Shown here in pieces: positions 1 to 10,681 of a stretch of DNA of 64,000 nucleotides; within the stretch, counting starts at the first letter, position 1, and the number at the start of each line of letters is the position of its first letter. The notes beneath the pieces are model-generated. The model did no database searches. It had not been told where the DNA came from and was given only the letters and a program-made list of their open reading frames with translations. The position numbers were made by a program, and so were the translations under genes. The DNA lies in NCBI GenBank assembly GCA_041697335.1, contig JBGUGD010000023.1, forward strand, positions 118,515 through 182,514, written 5' to 3'. The DNA comes from Vampirovibrionaceae bacterium NZW_1234. Lineage in GTDB: Bacteria > Cyanobacteriota > Vampirovibrionia > Vampirovibrionales > JAGQHJ01.

Positions 1-297
1 CAAGCAACTTGTCTGGTGGTCTTGTGAAACTGGCATAGTCGTTGTCGGATCAAACTCGTTGGGGCGTGCATAGACGCTTTATTAAATCCTGGCTCTCCTG
101 GTAGACGTCTATCAATTTCCTATCGGATTGGTGCCTGCGAGTTCAGACTTCTTGAACTAAAGGTCAGTCAAATCATAAATAGCTGAGAATGATGACAAAA
201 TCACGCGTTCCTATTTTGTGAGGTTCGTACTCGTGCAATGAAGTGCTAGACTAGAGCTATTGCAAACTCTAGTGAACTGGTATTGTTTGTGAATATA

Positions 298-1533
298 ATG
301 CCCAAGCCCATTGCTGAACAGGTTGATCATGCGCCCCATATATCCAAGACGGCGGCGTTGTGTTGGTTTGGGTGGGTGTTTGATTTTTATGACTTGATCC
401 TGATTGCCTTTCTCATTCCGGCCATTGAGGAGTCGCTGCATTTGGATGTCAAGGCTGGGGCATGGCTTTTAGGTGTGGGCTTGGGGGCTTCGGGACTGGG
501 CGGTATTTTGTTTGGGTGGTTGGCGGATTTGTATGGGCGTAAAAAGATTCTGACGGTGACTGTGTTGCTGTTTTCGCTGGGGATGCTGGCCACCGGGTTC
601 ACCCAGACAGCATGGCAGTTTTTAATTGCCCGTTTTATTACCGGCCTTGGCCTGGGCGGGGAGTGGGCTGTTGGGCATGCGCTGATTGCCGAGTCTGTTC
701 CGGCGGCAAAGCGGGCCCGATGGAGCGCTTTTTTACAAAGCGGGGAACCGGTCGGGGTTGCCATTGCTGCCGTGATGGGGTTTATGGTTGCTCCGGTGAT
801 TGGCTGGCGAAATGTCTTGATTTTATCGTCATTGACCGGGCTATTGGCGCTGCTGTTTCGGCGTCACCTGACGGAGTCGCCGTTGTGGCTGGCTTCTCCC
901 GCCTTGCGCTCTCGCGAGCGCCTGGAAGCCTTGAAGCCCTTTTTGCGGAATTACAAAGGCCTGATGCTGATTGCCTTTATTTTGGCCGTATTTAAGCTGG
1001 GCACCTATTGGACCTGCTACACGTGGTTGCCCCGGTTTATCAAGGCTTCGTTTGGGCTGGAGCTTCATAAGTCGGCCCTGTGGATTTTGTGCGGGCAGTT
1101 GGGGCAGTTTATCGGGATGTATGCCTTTGGCCTGGTTGCCGATAAGATTGGCCGCCGCTGGGCCTTTACCGGATTTTCCCTGTTGACTGCCATGGCGTTG
1201 TTGCCTCTGGCCGTGTTCTGGCATGAGCTCTTTGCCGATTGGCCGACCTTGTTTTGGGCGTTGATTTTTCTGCTGGGCTTTGGCTCCGGCTGTACTGCCG
1301 GGTTTGGGGCCTTGCTGTCGGAATTGTTCCCCACGGTGCAGCGGACCTTTGCCATGGGTACCGTATATAGTCTTGCCAGAGGGGTGCAGATTTTTGCACC
1401 CGTTATTGTGGCTTCCGCTGTCAGTGAGGCGGGCTTGATGGGAGGATTGCTGGTACCGACTACGCTGGCGGTTTTAACGGCGCTGTGGGTTTGGACATTG
1501 CCGGAGCGGAAAGGGACTTCGCTGGCGGCTTAA
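298..1533 (+). CDS. MFS transporter
   Basis: About 12 hydrophobic segments; MFS motif A GWLADLYGRK and its repeat GLVADKIGRR; GLGLGGEW...AESVP. Start set at ATG 298. Confidence 0.9.
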   Translation: MPKPIAEQVDHAPHISKTAALCWFGWVFDFYDLILIAFLIPAIEESLHLDVKAGAWLLGVGLGASGLGGILFGWLADLYGRKKILTVTVLLFSLGMLATGFTQTAWQFLIARFITGLGLGGEWAVGHALIAESVPAAKRARWSAFLQSGEPVGVAIAAVMGFMVAPVIGWRNVLILSSLTGLLALLFRRHLTESPLWLASPALRSRERLEALKPFLRNYKGLMLIAFILAVFKLGTYWTCYTWLPRFIKASFGLELHKSALWILCGQLGQFIGMYAFGLVADKIGRRWAFTGFSLLTAMALLPLAVFWHELFADWPTLFWALIFLLGFGSGCTAGFGALLSELFPTVQRTFAMGTVYSLARGVQIFAPVIVASAVSEAGLMGGLLVPTTLAVLTALWVWTLPERKGTSLAA

Positions 1534-1695
1534 GGCTCCGCGGACTGAATGCTCTGTAAATATTTCGTAATACACGTCGGGCTTTTGGCAATTCAGCATC
1601 TTGAGCGAGTATCTTTAAACTAACCCCACCCTGAAGCAAATTGGCTCTGTGTGCTTCTGGAACGGGGTGTGATGTCCTATAGGAGTTTCCACCCG

Positions 1696-2586
1696 ATGAA
1701 CGTAATTTCTTTTCAACCCGCGTTTCAAGCCGTCCAGTCCAAGGCATCCGGCTTGATGCGCCAGCAATTGAAACAAGGTTTACTGCCGTTGGCATCGACC
1801 CAGGCCAAGGATACCGTCACGTTCCGGGGGCGCGGGGATGATTATGATGCGCCTCGCAACCTGTCTCCAAGCGAGAAGAAATATGGGGAAGCCCTGGCTC
1901 TGGCAGAGCGGGTGACCCAGCAAGACACCCCCAAGCTGACGCTGTCGAAGCGGGCCGGGCAAATTGAGAAGCTCTTTGCCGAGGCCGTCGAATTGGGTGT
2001 CAAGGAAGGCAACGCCAACCTGGTCTACAGCGTTGGCCTCGTGAACCATCATGGGGTTGAGCGCTTTTATGAGAACGGCTTGGGTGGTGTGCACCGGTAT
2101 CATCAACTGCCCAAAACCGCAGACAAAGGGCAAGCAGAACCATTGGATAAATGGATTGTGGTGCCCAATTACGAGTTGGGTATGGACTATTTCCGCAAGG
2201 CGGCCCAAGTGGCGCAAAAGACCGGCGATAGCTGGACCATGATGAATGTGGCCCGCAAGTTTAGCGATGGCCTGCGTCGGCATTCGGCGGATCGTCCCAG
2301 CTTGCCCATCACCCCGGAGATGTGCCACAACGAAGCCAAGGATTATCTGGGTCAGGCGGTGTCGCTGGCTCGTAGAACCCTGGCCGATGTTCCCAAACCG
2401 GAGAACTTCCGGGTTGCGGATAACGTGAAGTATGCCGTCGGTGTGCTCCGCAAGGTGGATGACATCTACCGCAACGGTGCTGAGATGGATCGCTATGATG
2501 ACGCTCGCAAGACCTTTCCGCCGATGCCTGAAAAGGCCGAGGAGCTGGCACCCTTGCTGGCTAAGTTTGCCAAAGTGGTTGTCTAG
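1696..2586 (+). CDS. Hypothetical helical protein, possibly Sel1/TPR-like repeats
   Basis: AGGAG at 1681-1685 before ATG 1696; segment LGMDYFRKAAQ...GDSWTMMNVARKFSDG resembles a Sel1 repeat; N-terminal DTVTFRG motif. Confidence 0.6.
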   Translation: MNVISFQPAFQAVQSKASGLMRQQLKQGLLPLASTQAKDTVTFRGRGDDYDAPRNLSPSEKKYGEALALAERVTQQDTPKLTLSKRAGQIEKLFAEAVELGVKEGNANLVYSVGLVNHHGVERFYENGLGGVHRYHQLPKTADKGQAEPLDKWIVVPNYELGMDYFRKAAQVAQKTGDSWTMMNVARKFSDGLRRHSADRPSLPITPEMCHNEAKDYLGQAVSLARRTLADVPKPENFRVADNVKYAVGVLRKVDDIYRNGAEMDRYDDARKTFPPMPEKAEELAPLLAKFAKVVV

Positions 2587-2649
2587 CCGGATTGAACTGG
2601 CAAGTATGATGCAGCCGAGCCGTATCCTTCGTGGTGTGGCTCGGTTTGC

Positions 2650-3579
2650 TTAGTAAGCTCGCGGGGGAATGCCGTGGACCAGGAGATCGATGATGCGGTC
2701 GCTGATGGGGTAGCCGGAGAGCTGCTCATCCAGGATGAACACGGGTGTGGGGTTGCCTTCGAAGAAGACGTATTCGCCCTCCGGGGTGCGGCGCAGGTCG
2801 ATGCCGGTGAAGACCAGTTTAAGGACATCGGCCAGGCGTTTGCAGTCGGTCAGAACCTCGTCGGGGAGGGTGATGGGCACCCGCTTGGCTTCGTCGTCCT
2901 CTCGAAAGTCCAGGGTGGTGCTGTGGATCTCCATGGCAAACATCTCGTTGCCCACCAGGTAGGCTCGGATGTCCGTGCCGGGGATGAACTCCTGGAGCTT
3001 CACGGGTGAGTTGGCCAGGGTTTTGAGGCGCTCGGAGGTCAGGTCCTCGTCTTTTAAGAGGGTGGTGTGGGCCCAGCCTCGGACGGGTTTGAAGATGACC
3101 TGCTTGTTCAGGCGTTCGTAGAAGGCGATTAATTCGTCCGGGTCGTTGGTGATGAGGGTTTCGGGGACGCGGATGCCCGCCTGGTTGAGGAGTTGGAGCT
3201 GATAGCCCTTGTACTTGTGCATTTCCACCGACTCCCAGGGGTTGACCCAGGGGCAATCGAGGACCCGGCAGAAGCTGCCGATGGCCGATTCGATGTTCCA
3301 GTAGACGATTTCGTTGAGCATGGGGTCGTCTTCGTGGGGGGCGTTGACCCCTTTGGACCAGCGGCGGTAGACGCCCTGAATATCGGAGAAGGCCACCTTG
3401 GGTTCGGAGGGGGAGGCCTGGAAGAAGCCTTCGCATGGGCTTTCGGGTTTGTAGGATATCAAGGTCACCGTGGGATACTGGGTGGTATCGAACATGGTGG
3501 TCTTGAGCCCCCGTTGATGCATTTTGGATTGCATGTAGACGGAGGGGTAATCATCCGGGGTGCCGACAATGAGAATCAT
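2650..3579 (-). CDS. ATP-grasp ligase (RimK-like/graspetide synthetase family), paralog of 12092..13000
   Basis: WVNP, K.YQL, VPETLITND, IFKP, LQEFIPG.DIR, GIDLRRTPEGEYVFFEGNP motifs; colinear with the ligase beside the precursors. Confidence 0.9.
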   Translation of the reverse strand: MILIVGTPDDYPSVYMQSKMHQRGLKTTMFDTTQYPTVTLISYKPESPCEGFFQASPSEPKVAFSDIQGVYRRWSKGVNAPHEDDPMLNEIVYWNIESAIGSFCRVLDCPWVNPWESVEMHKYKGYQLQLLNQAGIRVPETLITNDPDELIAFYERLNKQVIFKPVRGWAHTTLLKDEDLTSERLKTLANSPVKLQEFIPGTDIRAYLVGNEMFAMEIHSTTLDFREDDEAKRVPITLPDEVLTDCKRLADVLKLVFTGIDLRRTPEGEYVFFEGNPTPVFILDEQLSGYPISDRIIDLLVHGIPPRAY

Positions 3580-3665
3580 AGGTCCACTATAGCACGAGGG
3601 GGGCTTTTGCGGGTATGGGGGAGGGAGCGGTTGTCTGAGGTGAAGGAAACGGGATTTTCAACTCG

Positions 3666-4008
3666 TTTTTGCTCATTTTTGCTCAGGGTGACTTTGTTTT
3701 TGGTTTTTTGCCTCGTTTTTACTCAAAAATTACTCAGGGATTGAGTTGTTTTTTACCCAAAATTACTCAGGGCTTGAGTTATTTTTGTTGTTTTTTACTC
3801 AAAATTACTCAGGGCTTGAGGTATTTTTGTTGTTTTTTACTCAGAATTACTCAGGAATTGAGGTTTTTTGTTGTTTTTACTCGAAATTACTCAGGGAGGT
3901 GGGGTTTTTGGTTTGTTTTTTACTCAAATTGACTCAGGATGTTGATTTTTTTACTCAGTTTTACTCAGGTTGTTGTTTTGGTTCAGGGTTACTCACCGAT
4001 ACTCACCC
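3666..4008. repeat. Array of about 8-9 imperfect units T5-7ACTCA-N3-4-TTACTCAGG
   Basis: Units begin near 3666, 3716, 3750, 3791, 3833, 3874, 3916, 3946 and (degenerate) 3988; the central units are about 42 bp apart and nearly identical. Confidence 0.85.
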
Positions 4009-4372
4009 AGGTGGGGTGGGAGGGACTCGGGGGTAGGGTGTTGTGAATTTTGAAGGGTGTGATTAATTCAGGTGGTCTTGTTTGTTTTCCGGGTGTGTCA
4101 TTCGGTAAAATGGCTTGAGGTAGGTAAATAGGGGTGTGTTATGGGTATTATTCCTGATTTGGGCTTGGTTTAAACCTGGTTTCTGTTTTTTGTGCCGTTG
4201 ATGCCCAGAGGGCGATTGCGGCGGTCGTCTTTCGATGGGGCGTATTAAGCAGATTCGGAATGATTTTTGCGTCGCTTCCCATGGCGTTTCAAGAATACCG
4301 CTATTTGTCCAATGGCGGGTTTTTATCAGATTGGGGTAACCTGAAGTATCGAATTGGGAACCAGGATGAGCG

Positions 4373-7240
4373 ATGACTGCAGAAATGTCTCTTGGGCCAA
4401 GCGGCGAGGAGGCCCAAAAATTTCAGAAAATGGCATTTTGGTTTGCCTGTGCCATCGGGGGCATTGGCCTATTGGCGCTAACAGGGTTTATTCTTGATAT
4501 TCATTTGCTGCGGTCGTTTCTGCCCCATTTCGCGCCGCTGATTTCCCTGCCATCTACGGTCAACATCCTTTGTGTCAGCATAGCAATGTTCCTGTATGCG
4601 TTATTTGACTCAAAACCATGGTCTCGCAGGGCGATCATCTGTCTTTTGCTGGTTCCCTTGTCCGTTGCCGGGTATTTCATTGTGCGTTCGTTATGGGCGG
4701 CACAGTTTGACGTGATTTCCTTGCTAATTCAGGATTATGGCATTGTCATGCCCTTCTTGTCTGCCATGAGTATGGGGCTTGGAGCATTGTCCTTCATGTC
4801 TTTTATTCTCTGGAAGGAGAATCGTTGGGGGACTTTGCTCTCCGGACTATTGGCCATGCTGATGGTTCAGATGAACCTGTATGCCTTGCTGGGGTATTTG
4901 CTGAAACTGCCGGTCCTTTACGATGATCGAATGTCGCTGCCGTCGTCCTTGTCTTATGTTCTGATTGGGACGGCGTTACTGATTATGACGACCCCCTTCG
5001 AGGGCTTTCTGGTACCGCTCTTTTCCAAAAACACCCGTGTTCGTCTTCTCACCATGTTCGCCCTCACCGTTGGCATTTTGATTTTGGTCGAGGGGATGAC
5101 GGACGTGTCGCGTTTTCATCATACGGTTGAACAGGGGATGATGGCGGATGTGCTTCGATTTAATTATTTCTATGTGATGACCTCGTTTTCCAACATCGGA
5201 TTATCTATTTTAATGCTGGTGGGGGCTTTGGAGGCGATTTACTATTTCGAGGCGTCCACGATCTATCAACGAGAAAAGCAGGTGGCCCAGCGCGAAACGC
5301 AACGGGCGGAGGAGGCTTTAGAAGCTTCATATCGGCAGTTGGAAGACTTTAAAAAGGCATTGGATGCATCCGATATTGTGGCCATTACGGATACGCACGG
5401 GGTGATTACCTATGTGAACGACGCTTTTTGTCGTATTTCAGGGTATACCCGTGACGAGCTGATCGGTCAAACCCACCGGCTGATCAATTCGGGCTATCAT
5501 CCCAAGTCGTTTTTTAAATCCATGTGGTCAGCCATTGGCCATGGCCATGTGTGGCATGCGGAAATAAAAAACAAGGCTAAGGATGGGAGCTATTACTGGG
5601 TTGATACGACGATTGTTCCGTTTTTGCGAGACGATGGCAGGCCGTACCAATACATTGCCGTCCGGCATGATATTACCGAGCGAAAACGTGTTGAAGAGCA
5701 ACTTCGGATGGCCTTTGACGACGTCAAGGAGAGTGAAGCCCGATTTCGGACCATTGCGGATGAGTCGCCCATGTTTATTGTCATGGTCGATCTGGCGATG
5801 CGCACCACGTTTCTCAATAAAACCTGGATTGACTTTACAGGGCAATCGTTCAGGGAGAGTCCTGTTCGTCCGTTTCTGGCCGAGGTGCTTCATCCGGATG
5901 ACGTGGACAGAACCGTTGACATGTATCAGCAGGCGGCACTATCGCCTCACACGTTTTCGCTGGAGAACCGACTGCGGTCCAGGGAGGGGGAGTATTTTTG
6001 GGTTCTATGGCATGGGACGCCGCGGTTTTTGCCCAACGGTGAATTTCTGGGCTTTATGAGCAGCGGGGTGGATATAACGGTTCGCAAACACATGGAGGAA
6101 GCCCTTCGAAACAGTGAATCCCAATGGCGAACGCTGGCCAACTCCATTCCGCAACTTGCATGGATGGCCGATCAGACCGGCTGGATCTTCTGGTATAACC
6201 AGCGCTGGTATGAGTACACGGGGCTCCCCATTGAATCTGTTGAAGGGTGGGGATGGCAGCAGGCGCATCATCCGGACCATGTGGATCGGGTGACCGAATC
6301 GATTCAATATGCCTTTATCCACGGAACCCCTTGGGAGGATACTTTTCCGCTCAGAAGCAAGGAGGGCCAATGGCGTTGGTTCTTGTCCCGTGCACTGCCG
6401 ATTCGAAACGATGCAGGCGAGGTGATTCGCTGGTTTGGATCCAATACCGATATTACCGATGAGCTGACAACGAAAGCGGCGCTGGAACAACTGACCCGGG
6501 AATTGGAACACCGGGTTGCCGAACGGACGGCAGCACTGGAGGAGAGCAATAAAGAATTGGAATCGTTTTCCTACTCCATTTCACATGATTTAAGGGCCCC
6601 GCTACGAAGTATTGATGGGTTTAGCCGACTGGTGTTAGCCGAACAGGCTGATAAGCTGGATGACGAAGGCCGACGTTACCTGCGGTTTATTCGGGAAAAT
6701 ACCCAGCGTATGGGAGAACTGATCGATGACTTGTTGCAGTTGTCCCGGGTGGGTCGGGCCGAGGTAAAACAGGAACCGGTGGATTTGAGTCAACTGGCAA
6801 CCCAGGTGCTGGAGGAATTGCAACTGCAAGAGCCGCATCGGCACCTGATGATTCATGTACAGGACGGCTGTCTGGCCACCGGGGATCGGATCCTGTTGAG
6901 AACGGTGTTGCAGAATTTATTGGCCAATGCCTGGAAATTTACATCGAAAACCGAGCAGGCCCGAATTGACTTTGGGTGTGATCAAGATGATACTGGAAAG
7001 CCGGTTTATTATGTGAAAGACAATGGCGCCGGATTTGATCCGGCCTATGCCGGAAAGTTGTTTGGTGCGTTTCAACGCCTGCATGATGCCCGTGATTTTC
7101 CGGGCACAGGCATCGGCCTTGCGACGGTGAAACGCATTATCAATCGTCATGGGGGAGAGATTTGGGCGGAAGGACAAACTAACCAGGGGGCTAACTTTTA
7201 TTTCACCCTGGGTTCTCGCAAAATAAAGCTGGGAACATAG
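4373..7240 (+). CDS. Membrane-bound multi-PAS sensor histidine kinase
   Basis: Multi-TM N-terminus, three PAS/PAC domains, H-box SYSISHDLRAPLR, N-box NLLANAWKF, G-boxes DNGAGF and GTGIGLA. Confidence 0.95.
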   Translation: MTAEMSLGPSGEEAQKFQKMAFWFACAIGGIGLLALTGFILDIHLLRSFLPHFAPLISLPSTVNILCVSIAMFLYALFDSKPWSRRAIICLLLVPLSVAGYFIVRSLWAAQFDVISLLIQDYGIVMPFLSAMSMGLGALSFMSFILWKENRWGTLLSGLLAMLMVQMNLYALLGYLLKLPVLYDDRMSLPSSLSYVLIGTALLIMTTPFEGFLVPLFSKNTRVRLLTMFALTVGILILVEGMTDVSRFHHTVEQGMMADVLRFNYFYVMTSFSNIGLSILMLVGALEAIYYFEASTIYQREKQVAQRETQRAEEALEASYRQLEDFKKALDASDIVAITDTHGVITYVNDAFCRISGYTRDELIGQTHRLINSGYHPKSFFKSMWSAIGHGHVWHAEIKNKAKDGSYYWVDTTIVPFLRDDGRPYQYIAVRHDITERKRVEEQLRMAFDDVKESEARFRTIADESPMFIVMVDLAMRTTFLNKTWIDFTGQSFRESPVRPFLAEVLHPDDVDRTVDMYQQAALSPHTFSLENRLRSREGEYFWVLWHGTPRFLPNGEFLGFMSSGVDITVRKHMEEALRNSESQWRTLANSIPQLAWMADQTGWIFWYNQRWYEYTGLPIESVEGWGWQQAHHPDHVDRVTESIQYAFIHGTPWEDTFPLRSKEGQWRWFLSRALPIRNDAGEVIRWFGSNTDITDELTTKAALEQLTRELEHRVAERTAALEESNKELESFSYSISHDLRAPLRSIDGFSRLVLAEQADKLDDEGRRYLRFIRENTQRMGELIDDLLQLSRVGRAEVKQEPVDLSQLATQVLEELQLQEPHRHLMIHVQDGCLATGDRILLRTVLQNLLANAWKFTSKTEQARIDFGCDQDDTGKPVYYVKDNGAGFDPAYAGKLFGAFQRLHDARDFPGTGIGLATVKRIINRHGGEIWAEGQTNQGANFYFTLGSRKIKLGT

Positions 7241-7262
7241 TGTCTTGTTACACTGAGGCGAT

Positions 7263-7703
7263 ATGAAAAATTGCGTTATCTTGTTGGTTGAAGACAACGA
7301 ATACGATCAGGAACTGACCATGAAAGCGCTTAAAATGGTGGGGCTTCAGGCAAAAATTGTGGTTGCCTGTGATGGGGTAGAGGCCTTGGATTATTTGATG
7401 GGGTCGTTAGAGACCGGTCAGTGCGATTTGAATGAGCACCCGCAGTTGGTTTTATTGGACTTGAAACTGCCGAAATTGGATGGGCACGAAGTCTTGAAAC
7501 AGATTCGCTCTAATGCCCGAACCCGGTTGCTTCCGGTGGTGGTTCTAACGTCGTCGCGTGAAGAAGAGGACGTGGTGAAGAGTTATGCCAACGGCGCGTA
7601 CAGCTATATTCGGAAACCTGTGGATTTTGACGACTTCCTGGATGTGGCTCAGAAAATCGGGGATTATTGGTTGAAAGTGAACGAAAATCCTCCGGTGGGT
7701 TAG
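7263..7703 (+). CDS. Single-domain response regulator (Rcp1-like)
   Basis: ILLVEDN, LVLLDLKLPKLDG, VLTSSREEED, YIRKPVDF. Confidence 0.93.
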   Translation: MKNCVILLVEDNEYDQELTMKALKMVGLQAKIVVACDGVEALDYLMGSLETGQCDLNEHPQLVLLDLKLPKLDGHEVLKQIRSNARTRLLPVVVLTSSREEEDVVKSYANGAYSYIRKPVDFDDFLDVAQKIGDYWLKVNENPPVG

Positions 7704-7707
7704 GAGG

Positions 7708-9258
7708 ATGGCCGTGAACTCGTCCAACTTGACGCCTATTCGGGTTCTTCTGGTTGAGGATTCTGAGTATGATGCTGAACTGATCATTAAAGAGCTGAAA
7801 GCCAGTTGGGATGTTTTTTATGAACGGGTATGCACCCCGGAAGAGATGACTCAAAAACTGTATGCGCATGACTGGGATATTATCCTGGCCGATTACCAGA
7901 TGCCCCGCTTTAGCGGCCCTGCGGCCCTGGAGTTGCTGAAGAAGACCGGCTTGGACATTCCCTTGATCATCGTGTCAGGGACAGTGGGGGAAGAAATTGC
8001 CGTGGATGCCCTTCGGGCCGGTGCCCAGGATTTTATTGTCAAAGGACACTTCATCCGGTTGATTCCGGCTGTCAAACGAGAACTCAGCGAGCGGGTGGCC
8101 CGTCAGGAGCTGCGTCAGGTCGAGCGTCAGTTTCGCCAGAGCGAAGAACGCTATCGGACCTTGATTGAAGGATTAACCCAATTTGCCATTCTGATCATTG
8201 ATGCGACGGGCTATATTCAGACTTGGAACGAAGGGGCGCAAAAAATATTGGGGTATCCCCCGGAAGAAGCCATCGGAATGCATTGTTCTTTCCTCTACTG
8301 CCCTGAAGACCGGGACCGTAGTATCCATGATCAAAGTTTGGCGATTGCCGTAAAGATGGGACAATATCATGAAGAAGGGTGGCGCTTAAAAAAGCATGGG
8401 GAACGCTTTTGGGCCGAAATTACCATTACGCCGATGTTTGATGACAAGGCGCAATTGATAGGTTATTCCAAGATTGCCATCGATCGTACCCAGGAAAGGG
8501 AAGCCCAAAAAGCGTTAGAAGAGTCGAAAGATCAGGCCGAACTTGCGAATCAGAAAAAAAGCCAGTTCCTGGCCAATATGTCCCACGAACTCAGAACACC
8601 ACTGAACTCCATTATCGGGTACTCGGAGATGATTCTGAACAATATGGTCAAATCTTCGGAAGATCTGGAACGCTACGCCAGGAATATTTCCGTTAGCGGG
8701 CGTCACCTGCTGGACATTGTGAACGATATGCTGGATGTGTCCAAAATTGAAGCCGGAAAGCTGGAGATTCATGCCCAGCCTGTTGATCTGCAGAAGTTGG
8801 TGCAGGAATTGCATGATGTGCTGGTGATGTTGGCCAATCAAAAAGAAATCAAGATTTTCTGGGATGTGGCTCCGGAGGTGAAGACCGTCGAAGCGGATCC
8901 CCAGCGGTTACGGCAGATTCTGTTTAACCTGATGAGTAATGCCATTAAATTCAACCGACCCGGGGGCAAGGTGATGCTGAACCTGTGCCGAAGCCAGGAT
9001 GAACGCTGGTTTCAAGGTGAAGTCACGGATACCGGCATTGGGATCCCGCGGGATAAGATTGATCAGCTGTTTTCCGATTTTTACCAGGTGGACAGTTCTT
9101 CGTCCAAGTCCTACGACGGGACGGGGTTGGGGCTGGCCCTGACCAAGCGCCTGCTGGCTGTGCAAGGCGGTGATATTTCCGTTGATAGCGAAGAAGGCAA
9201 AGGATCGACGTTTCTCTTCCGTCTGCCGATTCGACGGGCCAACCCGGAGTCGGCCTAA
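7708..9258 (+). CDS. Hybrid REC-PAS-HisKA-HATPase histidine kinase
   Basis: N-terminal receiver (LLVEDS, LADYQMP), PAS domain, [31 protein letters not shown]. Confidence 0.95.
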   Translation: MAVNSSNLTPIRVLLVEDSEYDAELIIKELKASWDVFYERVCTPEEMTQKLYAHDWDIILADYQMPRFSGPAALELLKKTGLDIPLIIVSGTVGEEIAVDALRAGAQDFIVKGHFIRLIPAVKRELSERVARQELRQVERQFRQSEERYRTLIEGLTQFAILIIDATGYIQTWNEGAQKILGYPPEEAIGMHCSFLYCPEDRDRSIHDQSLAIAVKMGQYHEEGWRLKKHGERFWAEITITPMFDDKAQLIGYSKIAIDRTQEREAQKALEESKDQAELANQKKSQFLANMSHELRTPLNSIIGYSEMILNNMVKSSEDLERYARNISVSGRHLLDIVNDMLDVSKIEAGKLEIHAQPVDLQKLVQELHDVLVMLANQKEIKIFWDVAPEVKTVEADPQRLRQILFNLMSNAIKFNRPGGKVMLNLCRSQDERWFQGEVTDTGIGIPRDKIDQLFSDFYQVDSSSSKSYDGTGLGLALTKRLLAVQGGDISVDSEEGKGSTFLFRLPIRRANPESA

Positions 9259-9301
9259 GGCCCCGGCATCATTGAGACCCAGGCGCATGATTGTTGCCTC
9301 A

Positions 9302-10369
9302 TTATTTTTGCATCATTCCCTGCAGATGGGCGATAAACTGGCTGATATTGCCATTGTCCAGGTGTTGGTACATGGTATTGGATTCCGAGTAGGTGTTCAG
9401 ATCGGTCCAATTCATCTGACCCGCATAACCGCCGGGATTATGGTTACTCATATAGGTCGGGGTGCCTCCCAAGGCAATCTGGACGGTATTGATTAGTTGG
9501 CCAAAGGGACCCACGGAATCGAGGACGGCGGGTTGTACAATTTCGTGACCAAAGTTGGCCAATCCGGGCAGGGTTCCTGCGGCTTGCTCTTGCCAGGTTT
9601 GATGTGGGCCTGCTAATGCTGGCGCCAGAATATGATAGAGGTTTCCATTGGGATGGTGCTGTCCATCTGCAAATTGTGCCAAAATGCCAATGTCGGCAGG
9701 GTCAAAGTGTTGCTGCATATGCCCGAACAAGATAGGGGCTGCAATGCCGGAAAACACCTGGCCATTGCCCGGGCCATCGGGAATGATATTGTGGAGTTCT
9801 TGCAGTACCATCAGAACATCCTGCCAGGTGTAGGGTCTGGGCTCATGACCCAGGACGTTGACGGCTAGAAACTGAAGCAGATAAGCCTGGATTTCCTGGG
9901 ATGTGGCTGTTGCCGGTGGTCTGCTTGGGGTGACGTCTGATACATCGGCTTCTGGGCCGTTTTCTCCCAGCATTTGAGGAATGTTTTGAGGCGGTGGCGG
10001 GGGCGCTGGCGGGGGTTGTAAAACCGGTATCTTGATGGGAATCCCCGTTTGCTGCGAAATCAGACCCAATGTTCCCATGTTACTTAAGCCGGGTGTGATT
10101 CCATACTGAGGCAGCGGGTTCATGACGGTGGTATTGTTCAGATAAACCAGGGAGGTGAGGACGTCACTGGCCGTGTTCTGGGCAAAGTTGGTGACCGATT
10201 CAAAGGTGTCGACAGCGGCATTGTATGCCCCTGAGCCCACCTGGTAGATGGTGTTGACCGTTCCCAGGACCGTGCCTGCCGCCTGCTGAATGTTATTGAG
10301 GGTGTTCACGGCAGAGTCGATTGGGTTGGGAAAGTTACTGGGAATGGAAAAGAAATTGCCGAGTTCCAT
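9302..10369 (-). CDS. Hypothetical N/Q/P/G-rich protein
   Basis: 355-aa ORF with GGAG before ATG; Cys-free, poly-Pro stretch; no recognised domain. Confidence 0.65.
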   Translation of the reverse strand: MELGNFFSIPSNFPNPIDSAVNTLNNIQQAAGTVLGTVNTIYQVGSGAYNAAVDTFESVTNFAQNTASDVLTSLVYLNNTTVMNPLPQYGITPGLSNMGTLGLISQQTGIPIKIPVLQPPPAPPPPPQNIPQMLGENGPEADVSDVTPSRPPATATSQEIQAYLLQFLAVNVLGHEPRPYTWQDVLMVLQELHNIIPDGPGNGQVFSGIAAPILFGHMQQHFDPADIGILAQFADGQHHPNGNLYHILAPALAGPHQTWQEQAAGTLPGLANFGHEIVQPAVLDSVGPFGQLINTVQIALGGTPTYMSNHNPGGYAGQMNWTDLNTYSESNTMYQHLDNGNISQFIAHLQGMMQK

Positions 10370-10681
10370 AGCTCATCTCCGCTCTTTGCCTGATGTCATA
10401 CATAACCAGGGTTCGCCTATAATCCCGGTATCAGCGCGTGAATTCACGTCGTCGCTGTGCCCTGGGAGGCCCATCGCCATTAGTTAGGGTGATAGGCTTT
10501 CTTATTTATATAAAGTAAATATCCTTATCAAGATTGCGGTTTACGTATTTAAAATTTAAATAAATTTACGTTAGAAATGGTTGCCCCCATCGGTTTCCAG
10601 TCAACAACAGCGTGGGGTCGTTTTTAAACGAAAACGCCGCCTTCTGAGTTGAAAGCGGCGTTTGTACGAAACAATCCTGGT

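Noticed and set aside
3666..4008. CRISPR array interpretation of the TTACTCA repeats
   Set aside because: Spacers are short, T-rich and similar to each other, repeats are not palindromic, and no cas genes are in the window.
3669..4036. ORFs 3669..3932 and 3746..4036 (FFTQNYSG repeats) as peptide precursors
   Set aside because: They are translations of the T-rich DNA repeat; unit lengths do not keep one frame and there is no SD.
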